Origin: Gemmatimonadaceae bacterium
Lineage (GTDB): Bacteria > Gemmatimonadota > Gemmatimonadetes > Gemmatimonadales > Gemmatimonadaceae
DNA: 33,488 nucleotides
Assembly: GCA_044224875.1 (NCBI GenBank)
Contig: JBGAJQ010000059.1
Coordinates: 1 to 33,488, forward strand
Direction: 5' to 3'
A program made the translations under genes and the position numbers. Under the pieces are notes generated by a model. The model saw only the letters and a program-made list of their open reading frames with translations. It searched no databases and was not told where the DNA came from. Below are positions 18,980-28,722 of the stretch, one piece after another (positions within the stretch are counted from its first letter, which is position 1; the number at the start of each line of letters is the position of its first letter).

Positions 18980-19022
18980 GGATGGAAGTCGACGAGCGCC
19001 TCTGCCGCGTGATAGTAGTGCG

Positions 19023-19056
19023 TTGACAACCGCCCCCTGTCAGCTCTATACATAGA
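19023..19056 (+). promoter_or_regulatory. padR promoter with a palindromic operator
   Basis: Perfect TTGACA at 19023, TATACA 18 nt downstream, overlapped by the palindrome TCTAT-AC-ATAGA (19045-19056). Confidence 0.65.
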
Positions 19057-19078
19057 TGTGAATAGTGTGGAGCGACCC

Positions 19079-19417
19079 ATGGACAACGAAGCCGTACCCA
19101 TCCTTGCCGGCACGCTGGACCTCCTCATCCTCAAGACGCTTTCCCTGGGCGTCCTGCACGGCTACGGGATAGCCCAGCACATCCAGCGCGTCTCCAAGGA
19201 CGCCCTTCGCGTGGAAGAGGGATCCCTCTACCCGGCGCTCCAGCGTATGCAGGTGAAGGGCTGGGTAGCCTCCGAGACCAAACGCACCCCCACGGGGCGA
19301 CAGGCGCGCTACTACCGACTCACCACACTCGGCCGCAAGCAACTCGCCGACGAGGAGGATGCGTTCCACCAGAGCGTGGCCGCCACCACGCGCGTCCTGC
19401 GAGGGTCCGAGCCATGA
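19079..19417 (+). CDS. PadR family transcriptional regulator
   Basis: GTLDLLILKTL, HGYGIAQHI, EEGSLYPALQR, YYRLT..GRKQL. Confidence 0.92.
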   Translation: MDNEAVPILAGTLDLLILKTLSLGVLHGYGIAQHIQRVSKDALRVEEGSLYPALQRMQVKGWVASETKRTPTGRQARYYRLTTLGRKQLADEEDAFHQSVAATTRVLRGSEP

Positions 19418-22134
19418 CCCTGCGCGAGGTGCTTGGCCGCCTATTGGCGTGGAGTCGGCGGGACGCGCTGGACGCGCAACTCGCTGAAGACATCGAAGTG
19501 CACGTGGAGCTGCTGGCGCGAGACCTTGCAGCTGCCGGAATGCCACGCGCGGACGCGCTGGCCGCGGCGCGGCGACAGGTAGGCAACGCGACGACGCTGC
19601 GCGAGCGCACACGCGACGTTTGGGGTTTCCCAGGATTGGAGGCGATCGGTCAGGACATACGGTACGCGCTGCGCGGGTTGCGCCGTTCACCGGGGTTCGC
19701 CGCCACCGTCGTTATCACGCTTGCGTTAGGCATCGGCGCCAACGCGGCGATCTTTGGCGTCCTCGACCGCCTCATGTTCCGGCCGTACCCATACCTGCGG
19801 GCACCAAACGCACTGCACCGCGTGTACCTGCAGACCAGCTATCAGGGAAAGCCGAACGTCAGCACCACCTTCCCGTGGCGCCGCTACGTCGACCTGCAGG
19901 CGGCGAAGGTGGGGACGTTCGCTGCCCAAAGTGAGTGGCGGTTTGCCGTAGGCACGGGGGAGACTGCGCGTGTCCGTCGTGTAGCTGGCGTGTCGGCGTC
20001 ACTCCTCGGCCTCTTTGACATTGCCCCTGTTCGCGGGCGTTGGTTCTCGACGTCAGAGGACACGCCACCCAGTGGGACGCTCGTGACGGTCATCAGCCAC
20101 GCTATGTGGGTGACCGATTATGCCAGGGCCGACGTCATTGGCCGTCAGCTCAAAATCGGGTCACTCGACTATACCATCATTGGCGTAGCCCCTCCCAACT
20201 TTGTGGCGACGGTCGCCGGGGGGCCGCCTGACCTCATCGTCCCCATCTCGACCATCCCGGCCAACCTCGGCGCCTGGGCGTTGGATTCCTACCTCGCGGA
20301 CTACAGCTGGGATTGGGTTCAAGTGTTCGTGCAGCGGAATCCCGGAGTGAGTCAGGGTGTCGCATCGGCCGCGCTCACCGACGCGTACAAGCGGAGCCGC
20401 ACCAGCGCACGCGCGCTCAACCCGCGCGTGCAGGCAGATTCGCTCGCCCATCCGCTTGCCATCGCCGGGCCCGTGAAGCAGGCCGCTGGCCCCAGCGCGG
20501 GCAGGGAAGCGAGCGTCCTGCTGTGGGTGAGTGGCGTCGCCCTGATCGTGCTCATTATCGCCTGCGCGAACGTGGCAAACCTCATGTTTGCGCGGGTCCT
20601 GCGCCGCCGCCGCGAGGTCAGTGTGCGCCTGGCCCTTGGCGTTAGGCGCGGCCGGCTCATCATGCAATTCGTGGTCGAGGGACTCCTGTTGGCGCTGATC
20701 GGGTGCGTGGCCGGACTCTTCGTGGCCCAGTGGGGCGGCGCCGCCATTCGGTCCCTCCTGCTCCCCGACAGTTCTCCCTTCACACTCGCCGACGATTGGC
20801 GCACCCTCGGCGTCGCCGTTGTCTGTGCCGTGGCCGCCGCGCTGCTCACCACCATTGGGCCGGCGTTGATGGCCACCAGCTGCAACCTCGTAACGTCCCT
20901 CAAGGCTGGTGTGCGCGAAGGGACACACGCACGCTCCCGGACACGAGCTGCCCTCGTGGTCACCCAGGGGGCCCTTTCTGTCGTGCTGCTGGCTGGCGCC
21001 GGGCTCTTTGTGCGCAGCTTCAACAACGCGCGCGCCGTCCCACTCGGCTACGACGTGCAGCCTGTACTGGAAGTGATCCCCGACTATCGCGGCAACGTCA
21101 TGGACAGCGCGGCCGCCGTGGCGGAGCGGGAACGTTTGCTCGCCGCGGCACGGACGATCCCAGGCGTCGAGGTGGCCGCGCGCGTCAACAGCCGCCTGTT
21201 CGGCACCAATACACTGGACCTCCGTGTTGACGGCATCGACTCCCTCTCCGCACTCGGCAGGTTCAACATGCAAGTGGCGTCGCCAGAGTACTTCGCGGTG
21301 ATGAAGACCCGCCTGCTACGCGGTCGCGCGTTCGACATCACGGACCAGGCCGGGTCGCCCCACGTGGTGGTGGTGAGCCAGGCCATGGCCAGCGCGTTGT
21401 GGCCCGGCAAGGAGGCCCTTGGCCAGTGCATCTACATTGGCCTGAGTCCGCGGAGGGGGAACAATGTTTCACCTGCCCAGCACGCACCGTGCACAACGGT
21501 CATTGGTGTCGCCGAGAACACCGCGCAGCAGAACATTGGCGATGATCCGCGGTTCATGTATTACCTGCCGGTGGCACAGGCGTGGCCCCAGGTCGTGTCC
21601 ACGATGTACCTGCGCATGAGCGCGCGCGACCCGCGCGGTCAGATCGAGAATGTCCGCCGAGAGCTGACGCGCGTGATGCCTGGGGACGGCCTGGTGGTCA
21701 TTCGGCCGCTCCAGGAGGTGGTGGATGACCAGAGTCGTTCGTGGCGGCTGGGCGCAATACTCTTTGCGGCCTTTGGTGTGTTGGCGCTGGTGGCGGCGAT
21801 CGTCGGCCTATACGGGGTGATGAGCTACGACGTGACCCAACGTGCGCATGAGTTGGGCGTGCGCGTGGCGCTGGGAGCGAGTGCGCGGGACATCGTGGGC
21901 TTGGTGCTTAGGCAGGGGATGCAGCTGGCGGGAATCGGTGTCTTTGTCGGGTTGTCGCTGGCCGTGATTGCGTCGCGATGGATACAGCCCTTGCTGTTCC
22001 GGCTGTCAGCGAGAGACCCCGGCACCCTCGGGGTTGTGGGGGTCGCGATGCTGCTGGCGGCGCTGGCGGCGAGCCTGATCCCGGCCGTGCGGGCGCTGAA
22101 GGCGGATCCGAACCGAGCGCTGCGGGCGGAGTGA
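19414..22134 (+). CDS. ADOP-type duplicated ABC permease (MacB/FtsX domains)
   Basis: QDIRYALRGLRRSPGF, TLALGIGAN, IACANVANL, ELGVRVALGA, ADPNRALRAE. ATGA overlap with padR. Confidence 0.92.
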   Translation: MTLREVLGRLLAWSRRDALDAQLAEDIEVHVELLARDLAAAGMPRADALAAARRQVGNATTLRERTRDVWGFPGLEAIGQDIRYALRGLRRSPGFAATVVITLALGIGANAAIFGVLDRLMFRPYPYLRAPNALHRVYLQTSYQGKPNVSTTFPWRRYVDLQAAKVGTFAAQSEWRFAVGTGETARVRRVAGVSASLLGLFDIAPVRGRWFSTSEDTPPSGTLVTVISHAMWVTDYARADVIGRQLKIGSLDYTIIGVAPPNFVATVAGGPPDLIVPISTIPANLGAWALDSYLADYSWDWVQVFVQRNPGVSQGVASAALTDAYKRSRTSARALNPRVQADSLAHPLAIAGPVKQAAGPSAGREASVLLWVSGVALIVLIIACANVANLMFARVLRRRREVSVRLALGVRRGRLIMQFVVEGLLLALIGCVAGLFVAQWGGAAIRSLLLPDSSPFTLADDWRTLGVAVVCAVAAALLTTIGPALMATSCNLVTSLKAGVREGTHARSRTRAALVVTQGALSVVLLAGAGLFVRSFNNARAVPLGYDVQPVLEVIPDYRGNVMDSAAAVAERERLLAAARTIPGVEVAARVNSRLFGTNTLDLRVDGIDSLSALGRFNMQVASPEYFAVMKTRLLRGRAFDITDQAGSPHVVVVSQAMASALWPGKEALGQCIYIGLSPRRGNNVSPAQHAPCTTVIGVAENTAQQNIGDDPRFMYYLPVAQAWPQVVSTMYLRMSARDPRGQIENVRRELTRVMPGDGLVVIRPLQEVVDDQSRSWRLGAILFAAFGVLALVAAIVGLYGVMSYDVTQRAHELGVRVALGASARDIVGLVLRQGMQLAGIGVFVGLSLAVIASRWIQPLLFRLSARDPGTLGVVGVAMLLAALAASLIPAVRALKADPNRALRAE

Positions 22135-22249
22135 GGAGGCGGCAGCGTGGCTATGCTGGGCGTGCAATACTTCGATGACGCGGATCCCCAAATCCGCGTT
22201 AGCCTCGGCGTATGTTCGCTTGCACACCCCTTCTCGCCGAGCGTACGCT

Positions 22250-22804
22250 ATGGCCATGCCACAATCCCACGGGTGGACGCTGGAGATGGTCCACGCACTT
22301 CCCGACGACGGGAATCGCTACGAACTCATCGACGGCGAGCTGTTCGTGACGCCAGCGCCGACGGGGGAGCACCAGAACGCTGCCGCTGTACTCTCCGAGC
22401 TGCTTCGTCCGTACGCGAGGGGCTTGGCCCTCCAGGTGCTCTTTGCGCCATTCTCCGTTCGCATCCGAGGGCCCGGAGAAGTGCAGCCGGACCTGGTTGC
22501 ATTCCCCCGACGGAAAGGAGAGCGCATCCCGCCCTTGGTGAACATCGCTGAGCTCGTGCTCGCGGTGGAGATTCTGTCACCTGGCACCAAGCGTGCCGAC
22601 CGGCAGGTGAAGCGCGCACTGTATCAAACGTGCGGCGTGGCCGAGTACTGGATCGTGGACTTGCACGCGCGCGTGATCGAGCGGTGGCGGCCTAACGACG
22701 AGGAGCCGGAGATGGCCGCAGGGGAGCTGGTGTGGCGACCGGTGGGAGATGCCGAGGCGCTGCGGGTGGATGTGGTGGAGTACTTCCGGGAGGCGTTCGA
22801 CTGA
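22250..22804 (+). CDS. Uma2 (DUF820) family PD-(D/E)XK endonuclease
   Basis: LPDDGNRYELIDGELFVTPAP..HQ, QPDL, LAVEILSPGT, EYWIVD. Start at ATG 22250 or 22256. Confidence 0.9.
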   Translation: MAMPQSHGWTLEMVHALPDDGNRYELIDGELFVTPAPTGEHQNAAAVLSELLRPYARGLALQVLFAPFSVRIRGPGEVQPDLVAFPRRKGERIPPLVNIAELVLAVEILSPGTKRADRQVKRALYQTCGVAEYWIVDLHARVIERWRPNDEEPEMAAGELVWRPVGDAEALRVDVVEYFREAFD

Positions 22805-22844
22805 GCGGAATACAACTCCAGGCTTCATGGACGGTCAAGCACGC

Positions 22845-23015
22845 CTACTTGAACTTTGGGCGCCAGAAGACGGGTTGCGGCTGGTTGATCGGCTTTCGAG
22901 GCGCCGCGAGTCTCTTGGGCTTCGCGAGCGTTTAGGCGAAGCACTCGTACCTGTTGTTCCATTTGCAGTCGACGATCTCCACGCTGCCCACAATGACTCC
23001 CGTCAGGAGTTCGCC
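22845..23015 (-). pseudogene. C-terminal fragment of an ASCH-domain gene with an internal stop
   Basis: GELLTGVIVGSVEIVDCKWNNRYECFA*TLAKPKRLAAPRKPINQPQPVFWRPKFK*. In-frame TAA at 22932-22934; the N-terminal half is absent. Confidence 0.65.
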
Positions 23016-23238
23016 AGAGGAGCTGCGCGGCCGGGGCACGTTGTCGCCGATGGAGCTGGTGAACAGCTACAACGGTCCGGACACGCGTCTTGATACCGAA
23101 ACCTTCACAATCGTTCTCGAGTGGGTCCGAGCCCGATCATAAGGGGCTTGGAAGGCGCTATCGCGCGAGTGCTAATGGTGCAATCGTCGCGGGTGGAACG
23201 TGCGACCGCACGCGGGCTTGCTGTGGAATCGCCATACG

Positions 23239-26200
23239 CTAGAACACGTTCTTGAACCAATGCGCGAGCTGCGTCGGAATTCGCCCCTGACGCGGCAGCA
23301 ACGCATCAAGTTCCATCGGTCCTTCGATCCACTGGCACTGGCCGACCAAGGCAAGCAAATCCAGGTACGGGATCGTCGGCGGCCACCCGGAGATGAGCAA
23401 CGCGTCCTCTCCATCGCTCACCATGCTGCGCTCATTCTGATTGGCCGACCCCAACGCCGTGTAAAAGACCACGCGCGCTCGCTCGTCAGGCGACAGGGCA
23501 TCGTACCAGCGCCTCACAAACTCATCGCCAATATCGAATGTGGTGTCCGCTGCATCGGCGACGGCCAGCAGCGACGTCGAGTGTCGTTGCATCTGGTGCA
23601 CGCGCTGGGCAACGAAGGTGCGGGTGATTTCCACCCACTCCGGACTCGACATCATGCGCCATGCCTCGCGCGAGGCGAAGAAGTTGACTTTCATGTGGAG
23701 CAACGCGCGCTCGCGCGACTCGAAGTCGTGCTCAGGCAGCTGCTGTGCACCGCCGCCCGGCAGGTCGTTTCCTTCCCGCAACGTTGCCGCCAGCTCGGCA
23801 AGCCCGGGATACACCGTAGGCGGGAATTGGTACAGGTCGCGCAGCCACTCGTATTGCGCGAGTGCGCGATTGATGGCGTCGAGTCGACCGGCGACGTCGG
23901 TGATGGGAAGGGTCGATGTGAACATCCCGACCTTGAGCAAGCCCCCCGCGTCGCTGATCTCACGCGAAAGCATTCGCGACGCCATGACCAAGCGCCACAC
24001 CAACTCGCGGCTCCGCGCCATGGACCCGAACGCACGAGCCGGCGCGTTCGCTAGTGATGGCGCCATCACGAGCACACGAACGCCGCGCAGCGCTGCGCCC
24101 ACCAACGCCGATCCCCAGAAGGTGCTGTTCCAGATCGAGTCTGGGACCTTGATGACGGATCCCGCGGGCATCAGCGTGTAAAGGACTGCCTTGGCGACGT
24201 TGATCTGCTTGGCATCGAAACCGGTGCCATTCTGGAGACTCACGGCGCTCAATGTGCGCACCCCACGTTGCGCCTGTGCGCGTACTTCGGCGTCGATGCG
24301 CTCCCAGTAGTTCCGGGGAATGTCGTGCGGCTGCAACGCGGCGGGCACGTCGTTGGCGCCAATGCCCTGCTTCATCAGGGCGTCGCGCGCCGCCGCCTTG
24401 AGCGAGCGCAGCACCGGCCCTCGAACGAGCAGCGAACGATCTTCCCACGAGCGGTTGGCGTAGTGCTCACCAACGCCCGCACCTGTCAGCATGGCCTCGC
24501 CACGGAAGGGATCGGTCTCGGTGACATCGTAGAACGCGATCTTTCGATGGTCGCGCATCCACGCGTCAGGTAGCGGAAAGTTCGAGACGACGGTCCAGCT
24601 CCAGAAGCTCGGATCCGCGGCGTTTGTGATGTTGACGTGAACCTTCACGAGGTTCCGCAGCCAGGCTTCTCCATACAACCGCCGCTGCTGCCCCAACAGC
24701 ACGGACGCGCTGATCGCGGCGCGCAATGTGTCCTGCGCCGCGCGGAGCGAGTCCTCCATCCACGCGAAGTCGCTGGGCAGGTGCACCTCGTGGCGCGTCG
24801 GATCTTCCAGCAGGTCCATGAACAGCCGACCGCGGTTGACCTCGTAGAACCACTGATCGAGCAGGATGATGTACGTCGGGAAGGTGCCCGTCGTGTCGTA
24901 GGCGCGAACGCTCGCGGTCAGCGCCGCCAGATACGACCGCAGCACGTGACGGAAGCTCATCTCATCCGGGTCGCCCTGGTTGTCGAATCCCCGGAAGTCG
25001 TGCGTCCACAACACATGGTAGTCGCGCGCTGCGCGAATCGTGCGATTCAGTTCCGACTGGAACTGCTCGTTGATCAGGTATGAGACGCTGTTCCCCTCAG
25101 TGAATGGCTCCCCGACGGCCTGCGCCACCAGGTCGTCGAGCTCTGCCTGCGTGTCGTACTGCTCGGCGCGGAGCGCGAACTGGAGTGGTAGCCAGACGAA
25201 GCGGGAGGATCGTTTTCTGTTGTAGCTCGCGGCACGACTCCACTCCACGATGTCGAGCAGGGCGTCGAAGACCCAGAACACGTTCTGCGCCGTTGCCGCC
25301 GGCAGGTGGCTTTCGACCAAGAACCAGCGGGTGAACGCGCCACGCGCCAGCACATCGAGGCCGAGTGTGGTGTCGTGCGCCTTCGCTTGGCCAAGCGAGC
25401 GATCGTAGGGGAGCACTACTTCGGCGAGCAGCACGGCGCGCGCCCGCGCGCCGATGAAGGCACCGAGTCCGGTTGTGTCGGTGGCGGGCGACGCCGCGGC
25501 GACAGCGCTCGCGAAGGCGTGGTCCATCGCATCGTGAAATCGGCGCGCTTCCCCATCGAGGGTATGCGTTACACCGTCACCCGACACGAGCCGGTGGAGC
25601 GCCTCGATCTGGCGCACCACATCGGAGTCAGAGGCGGCACCGCCGCTGCCGTGGTGGTCCAGCCACGGCACCGTGAGGCGTTCGATATAGCGGGCGGACG
25701 AACGGGCGACCGCCACGATGTCGCCTAACGCGGTAGTCGGAGGAGCAACCAGCGGTGTCGGCGCGCGGGTCGTGGGAAGGATCACGCGATCGGTGGCTGG
25801 GCGCGTGCGGCCAGCGGGAATGCGCTTGAACAGCGGCTTCTCGATGCCGATCGTGAATGCACGGTCGGTGCGCGGCATCAGGTCCAGGCGCACGGTGCTG
25901 CCGTCGCCGAACAGTCCGCCGCGGCGAAACGGGTACACGTACGTGAAGATCGGACGAACCTGGTCACGGCTGAGGCTGTAATCCGCGCCGACGGCGATCC
26001 CCGTCAGCTGCGAAACCCAGCGAAGCCGAACACCGGCGTTGTAACTCGCGTTCACCGCCTGGTTGTAGCCTTCGAGTTGCAGCCCGCCGACGCCCAGCGA
26101 GCGACTGAGGATCTCGCGGTACACACCGAGGCGGCCCTCACCTATTCCTTCCACACGCGACGTGCCGTCGCGGAGTCCGACCGCCGCGCCGATGGTCCAC

Positions 26201-26331
26201 GACCACGGATTCGGCTGCCCGAGGGAAATCGTCCGCCCCCCCTCACTCGGCAGCCGCTGCTGCGCCGTCATGGGTGATGTCAGCAGCATCAGGCTGACCA
26301 ACGGCAGCCACACGAATCCACTTCGACCCAT
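23239..26331 (-). CDS. Large exported protein with a phospholipase D / cardiolipin synthase-like region
   Basis: Signal peptide; HRKIAFYD (HxKxxxxD), GAGVGEHY..WEDRSLLVRGP, second site HMK, late GSANQNERS. Confidence 0.7.
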   Translation of the reverse strand: MGRSGFVWLPLVSLMLLTSPMTAQQRLPSEGGRTISLGQPNPWSWTIGAAVGLRDGTSRVEGIGEGRLGVYREILSRSLGVGGLQLEGYNQAVNASYNAGVRLRWVSQLTGIAVGADYSLSRDQVRPIFTYVYPFRRGGLFGDGSTVRLDLMPRTDRAFTIGIEKPLFKRIPAGRTRPATDRVILPTTRAPTPLVAPPTTALGDIVAVARSSARYIERLTVPWLDHHGSGGAASDSDVVRQIEALHRLVSGDGVTHTLDGEARRFHDAMDHAFASAVAAASPATDTTGLGAFIGARARAVLLAEVVLPYDRSLGQAKAHDTTLGLDVLARGAFTRWFLVESHLPAATAQNVFWVFDALLDIVEWSRAASYNRKRSSRFVWLPLQFALRAEQYDTQAELDDLVAQAVGEPFTEGNSVSYLINEQFQSELNRTIRAARDYHVLWTHDFRGFDNQGDPDEMSFRHVLRSYLAALTASVRAYDTTGTFPTYIILLDQWFYEVNRGRLFMDLLEDPTRHEVHLPSDFAWMEDSLRAAQDTLRAAISASVLLGQQRRLYGEAWLRNLVKVHVNITNAADPSFWSWTVVSNFPLPDAWMRDHRKIAFYDVTETDPFRGEAMLTGAGVGEHYANRSWEDRSLLVRGPVLRSLKAAARDALMKQGIGANDVPAALQPHDIPRNYWERIDAEVRAQAQRGVRTLSAVSLQNGTGFDAKQINVAKAVLYTLMPAGSVIKVPDSIWNSTFWGSALVGAALRGVRVLVMAPSLANAPARAFGSMARSRELVWRLVMASRMLSREISDAGGLLKVGMFTSTLPITDVAGRLDAINRALAQYEWLRDLYQFPPTVYPGLAELAATLREGNDLPGGGAQQLPEHDFESRERALLHMKVNFFASREAWRMMSSPEWVEITRTFVAQRVHQMQRHSTSLLAVADAADTTFDIGDEFVRRWYDALSPDERARVVFYTALGSANQNERSMVSDGEDALLISGWPPTIPYLDLLALVGQCQWIEGPMELDALLPRQGRIPTQLAHWFKNVF

Positions 26332-26413
26332 CGTCACTCCCGCCAGAGCCCGACTACAGGTAGCTCGAACGCGCCTGCACGTCAACATCCACCCTCTATT
26401 TGCGGGAAGTGGA

Positions 26414-27607
26414 CTAGTGAGCCGAGTTTTGGCGGTGCGTTTCGCAGCGCGAGAGGGCTGCGGTGTCAGGACGCGACCGGGTCATCCGCCAGATTCCACC
26501 GGAAGCGAGCGTTGCCGTGCCGATGACCGTTCGGCACTCAGGCGCGCGCTCGGCACCCACTATCTGCAACAGGTCAAACACGACGCCGGACGCCCGGCGA
26601 ATCGCGTGATGGGTACCGAGTCGGCGTTGCACGAATCCCTCGGCCACAACGGCCGACGTGGCGTCGACCGACTCGACACCTAAGGGGAGGGGAGTGTTTC
26701 CGCGTTGCAGTCCAGCGCGTCCTTTGCCGCTGTGAGCACGGGACATCGCCAGCACGCGATCGATTTCCGACGTGTAGTTCACCACGCGGGTTGCGAGCGG
26801 CACGACGGACGGAATGACGTCGGTGGTAAAGCGTTCGACGTCGATATCCGCGGCGATGAAGGCGATGGCACGCGCGGGTGTAGCCACGAGTCGCGCACGC
26901 AGCTCTGTTGAATCCCGCAGGGCGGCGCTCATTAACTGCGCGCCGAGCGAGTGCGAGACGAGGAGCAGCTGCGACGCAGGCACGGCGTCGAGAAGTGTTG
27001 TTGCTGTGTGCACGAAGGCTGGGACGCTGCGCGACGCGGCAACGGAGTCCTCCACGTAGCCGGCAAAGACGCTGGGGTTCTTGCGGCGAAGCACGATGCC
27101 GTTCCCATGTGACGGCCAGCAGAACACTACCCAACGGGCGTTGGCGCTGGAGCGCACTCGCGCCTCGGCGGCGTACCGCCAGCACTCGTGCAGGGATGTG
27201 CCGAAGCCGTGGACGTAAAGGACGGTGGGTGTGTCACCAGCGACGGTCTGCGTGCTGGATTGCAGTGCGTGAAGAAATGCGTCCGCCGACAGCTGCACCG
27301 AGTCCTGTAGCCGGACGTCGAGCGCGCCGGTCATCGCATCGGCGTTCTGTCGATACCTATGGATGGCGAATCCGTACTCGAGAGAGTCAGCGCGTTGTTC
27401 GGTGTCCTTGCCCTTGCTACGCGATCGGTTCGAGACATACCAGACCGTGTCGGAGGCGAATTGCTCCTCGGGCGTCCTTGTCGCGGGCGCGCGCGTTGAG
27501 GGCATAGTGCGTGCTGCGGCAACTACAGGCGCATCACTGCCTGACGCGGCGACGATGAGCGACGCGATGAAGGCCCAGCGGGGCAGGAGGTTGGGAACGT
27601 GGGGCAA
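26414..27607 (-). CDS. Exported alpha/beta hydrolase (DUF900-like)
   Basis: WYVSNR, VLYVHGF, FCWPS, nucleophile elbow SHSLG, AADID, DRVLAMS. Confidence 0.82.
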   Translation of the reverse strand: MPHVPNLLPRWAFIASLIVAASGSDAPVVAAARTMPSTRAPATRTPEEQFASDTVWYVSNRSRSKGKDTEQRADSLEYGFAIHRYRQNADAMTGALDVRLQDSVQLSADAFLHALQSSTQTVAGDTPTVLYVHGFGTSLHECWRYAAEARVRSSANARWVVFCWPSHGNGIVLRRKNPSVFAGYVEDSVAASRSVPAFVHTATTLLDAVPASQLLLVSHSLGAQLMSAALRDSTELRARLVATPARAIAFIAADIDVERFTTDVIPSVVPLATRVVNYTSEIDRVLAMSRAHSGKGRAGLQRGNTPLPLGVESVDATSAVVAEGFVQRRLGTHHAIRRASGVVFDLLQIVGAERAPECRTVIGTATLASGGIWRMTRSRPDTAALSRCETHRQNSAH

Positions 27608-27815
27608 TGGGAACGCGACAGCAGTTACCGAGCGTGGTGACTACGTGGGTAACCATGCCAACGAGCCGAATGCATGTCAACGAGCTACGGTTGCAGTCGG
27701 ACGCGCTGCATGATTGGTGGCACAAACGCGCTTCGCATGCACTAGTGAGGCGGGCTCACGCGCTGCCACTGCCGCTCTTGCCCGCTTTCCCACCGCGAGA
27801 ACATGTTAACTGCCA

Positions 27816-27863
27816 TTGCCGAGCAGATGTCTGACAGCTATCATGATAGCATGAATGCTATCA
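27816..27863 (+). promoter_or_regulatory. Leaderless promoter and operator of the XRE-NTase pair
   Basis: TTGCCG-N17-TATCAT-N6-ATG. Perfect palindrome GCTATCATGATAGC (27837-27850) plus TGATAGCAT-GA-ATGCTATCA (27844-27863). Confidence 0.7.
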
Positions 27864-28219
27864 CCACCGTCGGGCGGCTGCTCGCGGGTGCCAGGGAGGC
27901 CGCGGGCGTCACCCAGCGAGAAATGGCGGAGCGCGCCGGAACGGCGCAATCGGTCGTTGCCCGAATCGAACGTGGGCAGGCCAACCCCACCATTGGGACG
28001 CTCGAGCGCCTCTTCGAAGCGGCCGGGGTTGAGCTGACGATGGCGGTCGCCCCGCTTCAGGCAGGAGACCCCGTTGTCGAGGCGTACAAGCGGGATGTGG
28101 ACCGTTCGCTGTTGCGGGAGAACCTGAAGCGCGACGTCACAAGCCGACTGCGCATGAACGCTGAGCTGCAAGCGTTCGCGCAGGAGGCGCGCACGAGCGG
28201 TCGTCGGCGCCGGCGATGA
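27851..28219 (+). CDS. XRE-family HTH protein (putative antitoxin)
   Basis: AREAAGVTQREMAERAGTAQSVVARIERG..PTIGTL; C-terminal VDRSLLRENL. Confidence 0.85.
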   Translation: MNAITTVGRLLAGAREAAGVTQREMAERAGTAQSVVARIERGQANPTIGTLERLFEAAGVELTMAVAPLQAGDPVVEAYKRDVDRSLLRENLKRDVTSRLRMNAELQAFAQEARTSGRRRRR

Positions 28220-28695
28220 TTGGCATCGAGCGCCTGCTCGGGGCGCTGGATCGCGCGTCCGTTGAGTACATCGTTGTTGGCGGCATTGCCGCGCGGATCC
28301 ACGGTGCGGCACGTCTCACGCAAGACATCGACATCGTCTACGGTCGGTCGGACGACAACCTGAAGCGGCTCTGCAAGGCTTTGCGTTCTTTGCGACCCTA
28401 CTTACGCGGTGCGCCAGCTGGGCTGCCGTTCGAGTGGTCGGCAGCGACGCTGCGTGCCGGACTTAACTTCCCACTGACCACCTCAGCGGGCGACATCGAC
28501 TTGCTCGGCGAGATCGTTGGCGGTGGGACGTACGACAATCTGCTGCCACACACGATTAGCGTGAGGGCCTTCGGATACAACGCGAAGGTGTTGGACCTGG
28601 AGTGGTTGATTCGGGTCAAGCGAGCGGCGGGCCGACCGAAGGACCTCGAGGCAATCGCAGAACTCGAGGCCTTACGCGACGAGCAGGGTCGATAG
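28216..28695 (+). CDS. Minimal nucleotidyltransferase-fold protein
   Basis: IVVGGIAARIHG..TQDIDI (GG..DxD), KRAAGRPKDL. ATGA overlap with the XRE gene. Confidence 0.85.
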   Translation: MIGIERLLGALDRASVEYIVVGGIAARIHGAARLTQDIDIVYGRSDDNLKRLCKALRSLRPYLRGAPAGLPFEWSAATLRAGLNFPLTTSAGDIDLLGEIVGGGTYDNLLPHTISVRAFGYNAKVLDLEWLIRVKRAAGRPKDLEAIAELEALRDEQGR

Positions 28696-28722
28696 CGGAT
28701 CTGGCTGAGGCGCCGCCGGCAT

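Noticed and set aside
23092..23102. ATACCGAAAC, a partial match to the candidate SOS box
   Set aside because: Only one half-site, with no second CCGAA at 11 nt and no intact gene downstream.
27654..27685. Two 13-bp imperfect direct repeats, CATG(C/T)CAACGAGC
   Set aside because: Only two copies with a 6-nt gap, so not a CRISPR array. A regulatory role is possible but unsupported.
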